64,000 bases of DNA, taken from NCBI GenBank assembly GCA_977017645.1, contig OZ360237.1, positions 29,884,001 through 29,948,000 on the forward strand, in the 5' to 3' direction. Shown here piece by piece: positions 1 through 13,106 of the stretch. Within the stretch, counting starts at the first letter, position 1. Every line of letters begins with the position of its first letter. This stretch comes from Torpedo marmorata (lineage: Eukaryota). The translations under genes were made by a program, and so were the position numbers. The notes beneath the pieces were generated by a model, which was given only the letters and a program-made list of their open reading frames with translations, was not told the origin of the DNA and ran no database searches.

Positions 1-3000
1 CTATTTCATTTAATTATCAGGATACAACGAGGTTTAAAGTAGAAATTAATGGTTAGTAATCGAAGTTGTCATCTTCCCGGTTTATTATACAGACAGGAAG
101 GGGCCAAAGGTCAAGGTCATGGACGGCACGAGTGGCTGAAACTTTCCTCCTATGAATAACTAAACCTCTTCCACTGGATAGATTAACCACAGAGGTGCAG
201 CATTAACGTGGTTCCCATTGATTTTTTAAATGATCTCTAACTACCTTTCATCAAGTTTAGTAAAAACATTTCACCTACTTAATGTTGAATTCTGAGAAAT
301 AAGATTAAGAAAATTGAATGATGCCCGCACAGGTAAACGGAAGGCTGGAGTATTTGTGGAATTTTAATATATTCTGTCTGAGGTCAGTGTAATGAAGCAC
401 TCTTTGTGCATTTCTCCCAAAGAGATTGAATAGAACAGGTGTTTACATCGATTTCGTACCAACAGGATAGAACCTATAAGGTTCCAATAATTAGCGCGGC
501 GACATAGAATCGAAGCTTAAATTTGAAACTTTAATTATTTTGTACCAAAGTACTCTTCAGTCCAAGTCAAGATAACCTCTTGATGAAGAACGTTTAGTTA
601 AAATGGGCTAGCGCACAAGAAGAGTCATTGCCACTTTTACTGTGGTTGAAAGGCAAATTGGAACCCAGTTCCTGAGTTCATATTGTCATTCGTGCCAATT
701 GGCATTCCATAATGTTGGGGAAAATGTGCTTGGTTGTGGGGTGCACTTTAACGCAACATGTTAATCTCAAGCTTTTAAATAAAGAATAGCGCCCTTCAAC
801 CACCCAGAGACTCAATTTATCCACAGGCAAGATAACTACTCATTCTGTGGTTGCTAAGAAATGTGACTGATGTTGGACTATCTTACCAGGGCAGACTATT
901 GGGATTCAGTCACACTCCCCCCCCCACTTTATTTCAAATTATCTTCCCAGTTTTAAGATGCATGCAAAATAAACTATTTTGCAAGAGCAAAAATACAACA
1001 ATAAAGTTAGTAACTGAATCTCACGTTATATGCAACATTTGATGACATTTTGCTGCTGAATCAATAGAAAGAAAATCACATAAGTTTTTGTCCAAATCAC
1101 ATTGCATTATTTAACTTCAACTACTTCATCGGCAGTGTGCATTTTTAAACCACAGTTATAAAGAAAAATAGGTAAAGATATAAACAAATGACTGCATCAC
1201 ATATGTTATAAGTCATTGCCATTTTTAAGTGAATATAAAGTATGAATCCCTCTGGGCTTTACTTTGTAGCCTGTAACAAGGTGTGAATCCTCTGCCGCTC
1301 TTTATAATTTTAAGCATTTAATGTTGACACATCTATTTAATGATGGTGATATGGAAAAAAAGTGGAAACGTTAAGTGAAATGTTGGTACAAAGCTAGAGA
1401 AGGGTGCACGTATGTTTACGTTTCTATCATTTATTTTGGTCCTCAAAGTTGCAGAATTGAACATTTCCAATTTCAGTGTCAGCGTAAACACAGAGTACAA
1501 TTGGTTCTCTCTACCCCAACATTCGGTAATAAAACACCCTGCATCAGTGAAACACTTTTTTTCTCTATCACCAACATCAGCCAATCCATAAACTCAGTTA
1601 GCCATGAGGCCCATTAATAGACAATGCAGTATTGTTTGTGCTCTAGACAATTTGGTATTATTTTTGTGTGTTCATCGAGAATTCAACTGGCATTGCCCAT
1701 GCGTACTACGTACAAGCTCTTTACAATACATTTTGTTACAATTGTAATCCCTTTATTTTGAGCTGGATTTGAATCTGGACTCCAAATGTGAAACCATCAT
1801 TCTTATTGTCTATCTATGTCATAAAAATATGTGTACATTTTTGCTTACACTTTATCTGGACATATTTCTATTGCAAATACCTTGCCACAGTTCCTTCTAT
1901 TTTTCGAGTGTAAAACAGTAGTTTTTCATTAAGGCGCCACAAGAAAGTTCATTGGCACCTATCACACGTTAAATATTAACATTTTACAGACTGGGAAGTG
2001 AGTCTGGATGATCTCCATTGCTCCACTCACTGAGCAGTAATTGCTTTTATTAAAAGACCACAGGAGGAAATTATTACTTTCCGTTCAAATGTAGTATTTT
2101 TACTCCACCTTTATATTGGCATGCTCTGTGCAAAGTGAAACTACGTTGAGGAAGTTACAAGGAGAAGAAATGATGTGACGAACAAAGGGAGTGACGGATA
2201 AAATAATTCCTGTTTCTAACCCAAGCCATTTAAAAAATGTTGCTCCATTATTCTCTCATTTTGCCACATTGGAATTATACAATGTTTTTTTTTAAAAGTC
2301 ACCATATGTTATTTTCTCTCCTCTAGAACGAGATTAACCAAAATATTTAAGACATCACACACCAATCTTGGCAATTGTTCCAATGAAAAACTCAACTAAT
2401 CTTATCATGAATGTCCCAAGTTTAGTGTGCAGTCTGCATTGTTACTTAATTTCAGACAGGTGGCCATAGTTATGCACACTCAAAATAATGAGGAGACAGC
2501 ACGGTAATATGAACAAATCTGTGGGAATGCACTGTACACAAATCGGTACAATCTTTATTTGCAAATCATGGGCCTCAAAGAATGCGGCAGAGGGGTTGCT
2601 GATATTTCGTCATATAAAGTCTACATGGATGCTTGCTCTGGTTGTGGTTTATTGCCTAATTTACTGCTTTCTTGTAACAAGCTACATGTGAGAATTCCTG
2701 GCTTCACAGTTTTGTAGTTAAGCAGCCACATCAGGTGGCAGCTGCACCGAGAACAACGAGAGAATCATGAGGGAGAGAAGGACTCGCGGGGTAGACGGAA
2801 CGCCTCTGAACTGGCTGTGGTAGTGACACTGATGCGCAGCATTGCCTATGCTTAGGGGAGATGGTTTTTCAGGTATTGTTTGATGACATTAATTATTGAT
2901 TTAATTGGATTAATATGTATGCGATTTTATGATAATGTTTACGATGTATCGTCAGCCAAGTTAAAATCTATTGAAACTTATACAGAATGGTTGAAAGATT

Positions 3001-3629
3001 TGTTTTGAAATCCGAGGGACATTTGGTGTGGCTTTAAAGTATAACTAGTCTCAGTTTGTTCGTTATGCAAAGCGATCAAATCAGTCCCGTCATTTTGTTT
3101 TCAAGGGTTTTACTAAGCAAGTTCTCGAGTTTAATATGAAGTTTGGCAAAACCTGATGTTTCGCTCATGTATCAAGCATGCCAGTGAGGCAATGACACCC
3201 TTACCGGGTGTAGTTTGGAGCATGTCCATTGCTTTATGCCGCAAATGAATACACAGAAGAAACACAGCAAAGTGCAAAACGGCGGTAGTGATTTATGGCT
3301 TCAATAGTCTGGGTACATTTGAGTGTTTCTGCGACAAATTACTAACTAGCACGATGTTCTGGAGTGTTTGCTGTGTATCACGTTTTAAGAAAGATGTCAA
3401 GGCGTCAAACAGAGGGATTAGAAGAGATTTACCACGATGCTACCAAGAAATAGGAACCAATTACATAATAAGGCTGAAGACGCCGGTGCTGTTCTTCACA
3501 GATCAGACAAGGTCACGAAGTTGTCTTGATCGAGAAAGTAAGAAGGCGCTGTTTTATTTGGTAGAGAGATAGGTAACCGAAGAGATCGGAGGAGCAAAAG
3601 ATCGGAGGCGATTGAAGGAAACTCTTTTG

Positions 3630-3770
3630 TTCGGACGCCTGCCGGCATTTTCTCATACTTTGATGAAGGGCTCAAGCCCGAAACGTCGGTTATGTATTTC
3701 TACCTTTGCTACATAAAAGACACTGTTTGACCTGCTGAGTTCTCCAGCATTTGTGTTTTTTTTTATTTGA
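3630..3770 (+). mobile_element. Penelope-like terminal (pLTR) fragment with minimal hammerhead motif
   Basis: TTGATGAAGGGCTCAAGCCCGAAACGTC followed by GACCTGCTGAGTTTCTCCAGCA, the same as the 3' end of the GIY-YIG element at 43.1 kb. Confidence 0.75.
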
Positions 3771-4077
3771 AAAAGCTGCCGTGATTAGGAATGTACCCTG
3801 AAAAGGTGAGAACGCACGTTGATAGGAATATTGAAATGTGAATTGGCTAAATATTTGAAGGAGTGTGCGGAAAGAGCACCCAAAGGTAGACAGAGGTAAG
3901 ATGAGCTGAACGGTGTCCGTCCATTCCACAGCATTCCCACGATTCCAATAGAGGTTCCATTATTTCTGTCTTAAAAACAATTATTAATGCAACGTTAAAG
4001 TTATTGTAAAATCTAGTTCATAGAAATGTTCAAAATTACCGTAATAAACGCTATTTGTAATCAAACTTTCGCATTGA

Positions 4078-4180
4078 TGTAAAAACACAAATGCTGGAGA
4101 AACTCAGCAGGTCAAACAGTGTCCTTTATATAGCAAAGGTAAATATACATAACCGACGTTTCGGGCTTGAGCCCTTTATT
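4078..4180 (-). mobile_element. Penelope-like pLTR fragment (inverted relative to 3630-3770)
   Basis: Reverse complement of the same family sequence. Confidence 0.75.
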
Positions 4181-4671
4181 TCGCAATGAATTTCTCTCCT
4201 AATTAGCAGATGCAACTCAGCACAATTATGAACCACTGATGCTCATCGTTTTCTTGTTTGTACGTATGATTCCATGACCGAAGCCGCGTTACAGGAGTAG
4301 GAACTCCGAGCATGGTTACCTGCTCGTGCATTTGTCCGTATTCTTCCACGGGATCGTGTAATTACAATGTAAGAACAAATAAATAGAATTTCTATTGTGC
4401 CTTCTTATACCCTCAACAAATTTTTCCCGACAATGAAGAACACGCACGATCTCCTTCCATGAGTTAAATGCATTCGGTTTCTATAAAGGGTGGGCGCCGA
4501 AATTATTACTGCGATGTAGGCTTCGCTACCATTTGTTATGCACATGCGAAACTGGGCGCCACCCAGCAGGGAAGCACAAGCATCTGCAGGAAAGCGAGTG
4601 CGCTTCTGGCTTGGCTAATTAAAAGTTCCAACCTAGTGCAACCATAATGACAAAAACAGTAGTGTATGGTT

Positions 4672-4895
4672 AAACAGAAAAGTCTGCAGAAGCTGGGATT
4701 GTAGCGCAATACACAAAAGTGCTGGAGAAACTCAGCAGGTCACGCAGCATCTATAGGAAGTAGAGTAAAAAACACAAATGCTGGAGAACTCAGCATTTGT
4801 GTTTTTTACTACATTATTACGGTGTCTACAGATTTTCGTGTTTACTATAGGAAGTAGAGGGTAACCGAGCCCGACGTCAAGGTATGAGCAAAAGG
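4672..4895 (-). mobile_element. Penelope-like pLTR fragment containing a nested fold-back copy (4766-4844)
   Basis: 15-bp TSD CTATAGGAAGTAGAG at 4751-4765 and 4845-4859; internal hairpin AAAAAACACAAATGCTG...CAGCATTTGTGTTTTTT. Confidence 0.7.
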
Positions 4896-5047
4896 TGCAG
4901 CTAATCCTGATTCAATAATGTAATTTAATGTGAACATTTTTGAAAAACGTGAAAGTATTGTATGATTACGTGGTCTTAATGTATGTAGCATTTATGTGCG
5001 TGCGCTGGGATCACAACATCTGGATTTCTAAGTGTCATCACACATTG

Positions 5048-5345
5048 AACATAGAATATTAGAGCACAGTACCAGGGCCTTCAGCCCTTGATGTTGTGCC
5101 AACCTATATATTCCTCCCAAAAATACTAAACCCTTCCTACCTCGTAACCCTCTATTTTTCTTTCATCCATGTGCCTGTCCCTAATGTTCCAGCCTCCACC
5201 ACCACCCCTGGCAAGGCATTCAAAGCACCCACAACTCTCTGTGTAAAAAAAAAAACTTACCCCTGATGTCGCCCCTGAATTTACCTCCCTTTACTTTGTA
5301 CAGATGTCCTCTGGTGTTTGCTACTCCCGCCCTGGTAACAGGCAT
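5048..5345 (-). mobile_element. CR1-type LINE 3' end
   Basis: Matches the 3' tail of the CR1 copies at 19160 and 63000. Confidence 0.75.
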
Positions 5346-6419
5346 CACATACCTCCGCTCTCGAACAATAAAAAAAATAACTGGATGTTCTTCCAAACGA
5401 ACAATCCCGAAATGACCGCACAGAGGGCAGGGAGAGGAAAGGGGTGCTTCTGGATAACCTGGGCCCTTGTCTTTCGAACTGCAGGGAGCGAGTACAGTGA
5501 GGAGTGGACCTTCTCCACTTGAATTATGAACATTGGATAAAAATTGCAGCTTTATTCAATGGTTCTAATTAGCGCGGCGAATGTTAAAATTAGAGGGACA
5601 GCAAGAATATCCAAAGATTGTGATCCTTTCTACTGTCTAGTATGAAAAGACACTTGTTCAAGGTCGTGAATAGACTGTTACAGACAAAATGTTTATTAGC
5701 AGACAGTAAACGTTAGTTGAAACAGGTTGGTAAGAGAAGTTGAACACCGAAATCGCGTTACAACTAGAGGAAATTACAGCTAGTTGACAGAAAAATGGCA
5801 TGGCTGGTGCTCTGATCAAATGGGTCTAAGAATCTTTACCTCAACCAGATTTGCCTTTCATACATTACAGCCATTTCCTGTTGCTTAGTGTTATTTTTAA
5901 AGAGATGCAAGCTGGTATAAGTTCAACAGACACTCCGTGTTTTCACGTGCCAGGAAGCGTTTGGGGTGCAATCAATTTCACCACAAATGGTGAAAAGCTG
6001 AGTGTGCATCTGAAATCGGAGAAATATCCTCAAGTCTGGGTGCACCCGTAGGGTCTCACCAAGACTAAAACTGAATTAGAATCCTACTTTTGTTTGAACA
6101 TAATATATTCAAGCGCATCGAAATGAAGGTAGAGATTACAATTTCATTGCCGTGCTTGTATCAATTTAAAGTCGGTTTGAATAATATTGGTGCAATGGTT
6201 GGAATATAGCCTAGAGTTGGGTCGGCAATCTGACTGCGAAATCCGCGCAGGGTGCGCTTGCAATGCATAAAGAGAAAGAGGAGTCAATTGGTCTTCTGTT
6301 TGCTGATGGGTCCATAGTCTGGGTGTCTTGCTACGAAGCAAAAACCCAAATCTCTTAGCACAGCCCTGTGCGGCAAAGGAAATGTCATCTTAAACCCCAG
6401 TAATATAGAAGGTGCTGGA

Positions 6420-7620
6420 ATCTGTTTTAAAGTAGTCGTATGAAGGCACTTGGAAAATAATTAGATTGGACAAACTCAACACGGATTTATGAAAGGGGAA
6501 TTGTGTTTGACAAATCTATTGGTGTTTTGAAGTTTAAAACAGCGGATTAGTTAAGGGGAAACGGTGCATGTTGTGCATTTGGTCTTTCAGTCTGGCTTTG
6601 GTAAAGTGCCATACGAGCATTCAACAAAATCCGAGCACATTGGATTGCGGGTAGGATTCTAGCGGATTGGTTAACGAACAGAAAACAGAAAGTAGGAATA
6701 AACACGACAGTAGAGTTGGGAGGGCGAGACTAGTGGAATGCAATGGAGATAAGTGCAGGCTCTCCGGCTATTCATGTTATATCGATAACTTCCATGAGGG
6801 GATCAAGTGTAACTTATTTAAGTTTGTTGATAACTCAAAAATGAGTGACGGTGAGAGTTATAAGAAGGGCGAAGAGAAGTTACTGGGAAATAGAGACAAA
6901 CTATAGGAATGGGCGAGGACAGGGCAGATAGAATGTAACGTGGAAATATGAAACTGATCAATTTGGTAGAAAAAAACCAGAAACGCCGTGTGCTTCTTTT
7001 GAAAATTGAAAGCTGTTAATTTTCAGGGGAACCTCAATGGCCTTGCACATCTAAAATTAATACGCACGGAGATAATTTGAAAGGCAGAGTATAGTGACTT
7101 GCATCGCAAGAGGATTTAAGTAAAAGATTGGCTAGGACCCCAGTGTGACAACACCTGGAATATTCTATACAGGCCTGGTCTACTTATGTTAGGAACAATA
7201 TACTTGTGCGAGAGGGAGTGCAACAAAAGTGTACCACGTTGAATGCCGGATGATTATCATTTGAAGAGTGATTAAGTAGACTGGGCATTTTCTCTCCAAA
7301 CTTGATACGAATAGAACTTGATGCCATTGGAAGATGCAAATTCTTAAAGGGTATACCAGGATAGAAGTGTTTCTGGATTTCTCCTCGCTGTGCTGTCTGG
7401 TGGGGGTGGGTGGTGACCATTGTCTCAAAATAGAGGATTTGAAATTCAGAACTGAAATTAAAATACACTTCTTTATTCAGGGGAAATGAATCTTAATTAT
7501 GCACCTAGAAGCGTTGTGGAAACTCAGACATTACAAATGGGATAAGTATGTGTGGGTATCTGATGGTAAGCATGAACAGGGCGGGCTGAGTGAGCTGTTT
7601 CTATGCTTTATCGCTCTAGG
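6420..7620 (+). mobile_element. Old degenerate CR1/L2-clade LINE ORF2 fragment
   Basis: Decayed RT motifs (HGFMKG..CLTNL, F..AF.KVP, KF.D..K, HLEY..Q.WS) with many disruptions. Confidence 0.7.
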
Positions 7621-9048
7621 ACTCAATAAAAACTTTATCACGTGATTCGTGTACATGGATTCAGTACAGGAGAGTGCTTTTAAGATGAAATATCTTACTG
7701 AGTGGCGGAGCAAGCGTGACAGGTCAAGGTGCACGTTCAAATTTTTAAAAATCTATTTTTTTAAGCAAAAAGGTCCAGGTAGCGCATAATCTGGAAGCCT
7801 GCTGTCAGGTCTTGAAAGCAGAAGACTCCTCTTCCAATTTCTCAAACTATGACAGAACCAGCTGACTAGCGTTTTATATGTGGCCTTCGTGCGGAGTCAG
7901 AGTCGTTCATAGTGCTGTGATAGACATCCTTGCAGTTGTGTTATTCCATCTTCAGCAGGTTGCATCGCTCCACTTGTAAATTACATGGCCAGTCTGATTC
8001 CTAACAACATCTATTTTCAATGGCTCAGGTGATTCCCTGACCACGTGGGAACACTAAACTTCTGTTTCAAAGGAACATTGGATATTTTCTGACATAACCT
8101 GACTCTAACCTATAATCTTCAATGAATAACATCAAAACGTAAAGAAGAAAAATTACTTTAATTTCCTAGTGACGCCTTTGGAGTTCTGACTTCACATAAA
8201 GTCGACATATTGGAGCCCTAGTCAGCTGGTTCTCCAGTGCATTAGGAACTCTAAAACATCTGTTTGAAAGTGAGATGAAAAGGCCTCTTCCATTTTAACG
8301 CTCCTCTGTTAAAACAAAGCCAACAATGAGTTGATAAGATAATTTCATGGGCCAGTAAGCTGTATAACTCTGTTCAAAAAATGTTTGAGATCTTTAAAGA
8401 ACAGCAAATGCCTGCTACTAGAATCCGAATTATTGCTGAGTTTGATATAATCTAGGTATGTTTTATAACATATCAACATCATACCAAGCTTAATTTAAAT
8501 CAATAAAGCAGACCGTAACAGAATGAATTTGCATGAATTGTATCAACCCTGATCCAACGTAATGTTTGTTTTGAAGACATTAAACGGCGATGTATCTGCA
8601 TAGATGCATTCATGCGCAGTGATTGCACCTTTTTTGTTACACAAATCAGAAATAAAACGAATCATTTTGGAAACATTTCGGGAATATGTCGCAAAATCTT
8701 CTTCGTTTTTGGAGGTTTGCATCCGTAAAACAAAGATCAAATTCCACAATTTTATAACGGTTAAGACAAAGGCAAATCGAAATGAATGCAATAGTTCTAA
8801 GATCCACTACAATTGTTTATGCTTACACGACGGTGCAAGCTCATCACTCCACTCCGTCGATAAATGCAGATGATCTCCACTTGGTAACTGAGTTGATAAT
8901 TTTGTTCCTTGTGTTCAACCAGATATAGATGAGATTGTAAGGCCTAAATTCCAATTGGTAATATAAGGGAGGGTCACATATGCCCTGGAATGCTTGTAGC
9001 GATTTACAATGAGAAATGGATGAACACAAGCTAAAGGATGTGTTAAGA

Positions 9049-9243
9049 AGTAAAACACGAAAGTCTGCAGACACCCTGGTTGAAGTAAAAACACAATGCT
9101 GGAGAAACTCAGCAGGTCAACACTGTGTACTTTATAAAGCAAAGATAAAGATACGTTGAGCCCGAAACGTTGGTTATGTATCTTTATCTTTGTTATATAA
9201 AGTACACTGACCTGCTGAGTTTCTCCAGCATTATGTTTTTACT
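9049..9243. mobile_element. Fold-back (inverted) Penelope-like pLTR pair
   Basis: Left arm AAAACACAATGCTGGAGAAACTCAGCAGGTCA is mirrored by right arm TGACCTGCTGAGTTTCTCCAGCATTATGTTTTT. Confidence 0.75.
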
Positions 9244-9799
9244 AAAGTATGTGTTGGCAAATCTCGATCTGCCCCTAATGCAGAATGTGAACCATTTACA
9301 TTATCTGCATATAACCCGACAGGCTTTCCTGTCCTGCTTTTGAAACACGCCTACAAATCAGGTTTCCACTGTGAACCCCTTTGAATGATTGTGTGTGAGA
9401 GTGAAGTGGTGTGCGCGGCTCCGCGCTGCGCGTCCTATGAGTAGTTTTCTTTGGGGAGATTGAGGACACATGGGATAATGACGCATTTTCTCTTGGCATT
9501 TTCCGCTCCTTAAATCATAGGCTGAGCAGAGAGCGAATTCCCGGCATCACTTTCACTGACAAAAAACGCTGATAAAACACACATTGTCACTCCTGTTCGC
9601 TCTGGACGGGGTTCCCTCTCGTTCACCTCTTTTTCACAAAACAGGACTTTTTTTTTGTTTGCGCAACCGATCAACTGAAGAAACTCCACCGTAGAAATCT
9701 GACTTGATTTTTCAATGCGAAGTACCGTAGAAGCTGAAAGGTAAGATAATTCCTTATTCTGGAGATAAAGAAGTCGATCACACTACGATAGGGAGAGGT

Positions 9800-9945
9800 G
9801 GGTGGTTGGACCCTGCTTTTTTGCAATCAGTTTGCCCACTCCCTCCTACATCGCAAATGTGAATACACTTCAAAGGTGCTTCATTGGCTGTGAAGCCCTT
9901 TAGAGTGTTTCTGATCGTGAATGGCGTTAAACGAGAGTCTTGCTT
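9800..9945 (+). mobile_element. Ancient SINE tail (Deu-domain/SacSINE-like); similar relic near 18390-18620
   Basis: CACTTCAAAGGTGCTTCATTGGCTGTGAAGCCCTTTAG resembles the conserved 3' tail of these SINEs as recalled from memory. Confidence 0.5.
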
Positions 9946-10733
9946 TACACAATAACCAAAGAAGTCAGATTCAGACAATGTCCGAGACAGAATCGCGTTA
10001 TAAACTCTGCAATAAAGAAATCTGGGAGAATGATTTGTCCCCGCTTTTCGTAAAGATAGATAGCACGATTTCTCAATTACACTTTGGAATTTAAAAAAAC
10101 GGGAATCCCAGTATATGAGACAATCCAAACAGTTAAAATGCAGCCACTTCATCGCTGTCAAGTAACGCCGTGCGTTCAAGGGAATAATGAAGATATTTTG
10201 ACAAATCCAAATAACGGGTTTGCGAAAGAGTTGTACGCATGTCACAAGGGAATGAAAGTAACTTCCCTTCTTTTCTTTGTGGCGCTACGATATCCCATGA
10301 AGATTTCAGGCTATAGTCATGTTATGCAAGATGTTCGCTTCATTCATATAACCAACTGAACCCCAGAATCAAAGATCGTGACACTATGCTTTCCAAAGAA
10401 AGTGGTATTTAGAAGCAGACGAGATGGAACCAAATTGAAGTAAAGATACTCGAGTTTACACATTTCAGGAGGCATTGCTTTCTTGTATGGTTAAGTGCAC
10501 ATACGAACTGGCGCACATTGCGTCAACAACAAACAGTATAAATCACGGCATAGTCGCCGTCTTTTAGGCGAGTTCATAACAAAAACCAGTCTGCCTGCGG
10601 AATTTTCAATAGCCCGCAGGCGGATTTCAGAAACATATCTCTTTCAGAGAACATCAGAAATAGTTGTCTCCATGTACTGGATGTGGAAGGTTATTTCAAA
10701 TAATGATCTCCTTCAAAATATCAGAATGTTGAG

Positions 10734-10760
10734 GTGTGTGTGTGTGTGTGTGTGTGTGTG
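10734..10760. repeat. (GT)n microsatellite
   Basis: About 13 perfect GT units. Confidence 0.95.
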
Positions 10761-12859
10761 CGCCTGTGTGTTGGGGGAGATAGGGGTTGGTGGTGCAAAG
10801 ACTCTCAAAGATGTTCGTCAGAGGCCGCCGGCAGCCTCATGTTGCAGTTATAGACAGTGTCCAAACTAATTAGGAAACAGTCAGGGTTTAGCAGGAAGTG
10901 ACGTTCTTGGTAAGCAACATAAATGCATTCAGTTAGGTTTGACAGATATTGTCAAGTACGAAAAAGTATTCCCCCCTACTTTAAACGCTGTTCCTGCTTT
11001 TCCTTATGATGCAAATATGACAGGAAAGTTGAAATAAGATATACCTCATGAACGCCTTCCCAACAAAATGCAATTTTCGTCATTGGTGAATGTCCACCAA
11101 TTTAATTAATCAGTTGCGAAAGGCAGTACATAGAAAGCAAATATTAACGTTAAACTAGTTGAATTACGCTGTTTCCTTGAAGTGAAGACTGCACAAGGCA
11201 AAAAACGCATGGACCTCCGGAGGTTTCCTTGTGGACACTGTAAAATGTCTACACAGTATTGATTTGAAAGGGATGGGATAAATGAAGAATTTAGTCGACA
11301 TGGACGCTGAATGAACAGAATGGATTTTTTATACCTCGCGTAATACAAAATTGCCGAATGCCAAGTTGCATTACTTCCCAACATTATACAAACTCGCCCA
11401 CTGATGCATTCGAAACAAGGACCACAGTGGGTTGGGAGTCAAAGCGCCGAAGATGACAAACATGGGATCCTGTTGACCGAGTTTGTGCCCTGAAGGCCAA
11501 GGCATCTACTCAAGACTAATACATATTGTACTTCATTGACATATAATTATGATCATCACGACTGAGGAATATGAGTGCGGTGAAGCCATGAACCACTAAA
11601 GTAATTGCACAATACACCCTAGAAGTTTCGGCCACAAATGTTATCCTATCACATTTATGCAAAATTCGTTTACGTAGAGGCGCTCCCTTAATCGGAACAT
11701 TAATAAATCGCAATGAGAAAGTACCAAATTTCCTTGTTGTCATGTTTTGAATAAAAAGGCGTAGAAATTTCATATGGTATGAATCCCCATCAGGTGGAAA
11801 TATCCAATCATTGCCAAAATTTCAACTGAAATATCACACCTTTCCTCATGCTTGCTTCACAGAGAAGCTGAGCCTGCCAAGAAAGATAAATTAGCTTTTT
11901 GTTGAACGAAGCTGGGGAGTTAGGGGCGTCAGGTGGGCGTGAGGGGTCGCAGTGGTGGTGACAGAAGTGCATGTCGGAACTCTCCTCCATTTTCATGCTA
12001 GTTGAATGCTGAATTTTGGGAAATTTGCATGAAAAAATTTCCAACAAAATAATACAAATTTGATTTAGGATTTCAACTATAAGTTTCTTCCCAGGAAGCA
12101 GTGTGTATCTGGAATATGCTCATTGATTAGTAGTTGTAATGCGAAACTCGGGGATTCTCACAAATACCGTAGTATCGAATTAGTTTAAGATAAAAGTGAC
12201 AAATGAATACATGCACAGTACCAGAAGGTGGCCATCTTAATCTCAGTTTAGAGCTGACTATTTAGCCAAAGATAAGATCCAAGGCACAATAACTAGTTCG
12301 GCACAGACGAGAAGGGTCGAAGGGCCTGTTTCTGCGCTGTAGTGTTTTCTGGTTCTCCAAACACACGCACGTTTGTTTTTTTAATTAATGAAAATAGTTT
12401 TAGGAAAGTGCTTTCAACTATTTTTTCAAGCACTCTTCCTACTTGCTTGTTATGTTCACGTTTAAAATTTGCATGAGCCAAAAGCAATGACACGTGATAT
12501 CATTGTGTATAATTTTCAATCGAATTTATGTGCATTGTAATACATCCAGTACTCAATAGGAATATTGTGTTAAGTATTCAATTGGCATTTACGAACACAT
12601 TATGTTTAAATATGTGACTTACAAATAAGAAAATGCTTATATTTATTTAAGTCTTAATTTCTTTCATTTCAGTCTCAAATAGTGGAACATAAGAAGTGCC
12701 AAATAAAATAGTTTCTCTATCCAGTTTTTTAAAAAAATAAATAAAAACAATCTATACAAAAAGAGCAATAGGTAGAATATAGGATAGCATTGCAATAAAC
12801 CGGTGGCTTTAAATGATCATTAGGCGGAGAGCCCAACATTGTGGGCTGAAGGGCCTGTA

Positions 12860-13106
12860 ACAGCACCAATAGCCTGAATACGACTGGGATTGTCTGATCT
12901 CAGAAGCTAAGCAGGCACAGGACTGGTCAGTACTTGGAGGGGAGACCGCCAAGGAACACCAGGTGCTGTAGGTTTCTGTGAGGGGCGCTGGACAAAGTAG
13001 CGACTCTCTGTCTGCCTTACGGTAGACAAAGTTAAAGAATTTCATGTATGTTACATTCTAAATGTAGTATTACGTGACAATAATGGAACCTTTACCTTTA
13101 CCTTTA
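12860..13106 (+). mobile_element. 5S rRNA-derived SINE (SINE3-type) with LINE-like tail and (CCTTTA)n end
   Basis: GTCTGATCTCAGAAGCTAAGCAGG...AGTACTTGGAGGGGAGACCGCC...GGTGCTGTAGG resembles 5S rRNA with its internal control region; ~130-bp non-5S tail follows; inserted within a CR1 tail. Confidence 0.85.

Noticed and set aside
12860-12975. Functional 5S rRNA gene
   Set aside because: Diverged 5' end, many substitutions, single copy, and fused to a retroposon tail inside another repeat.
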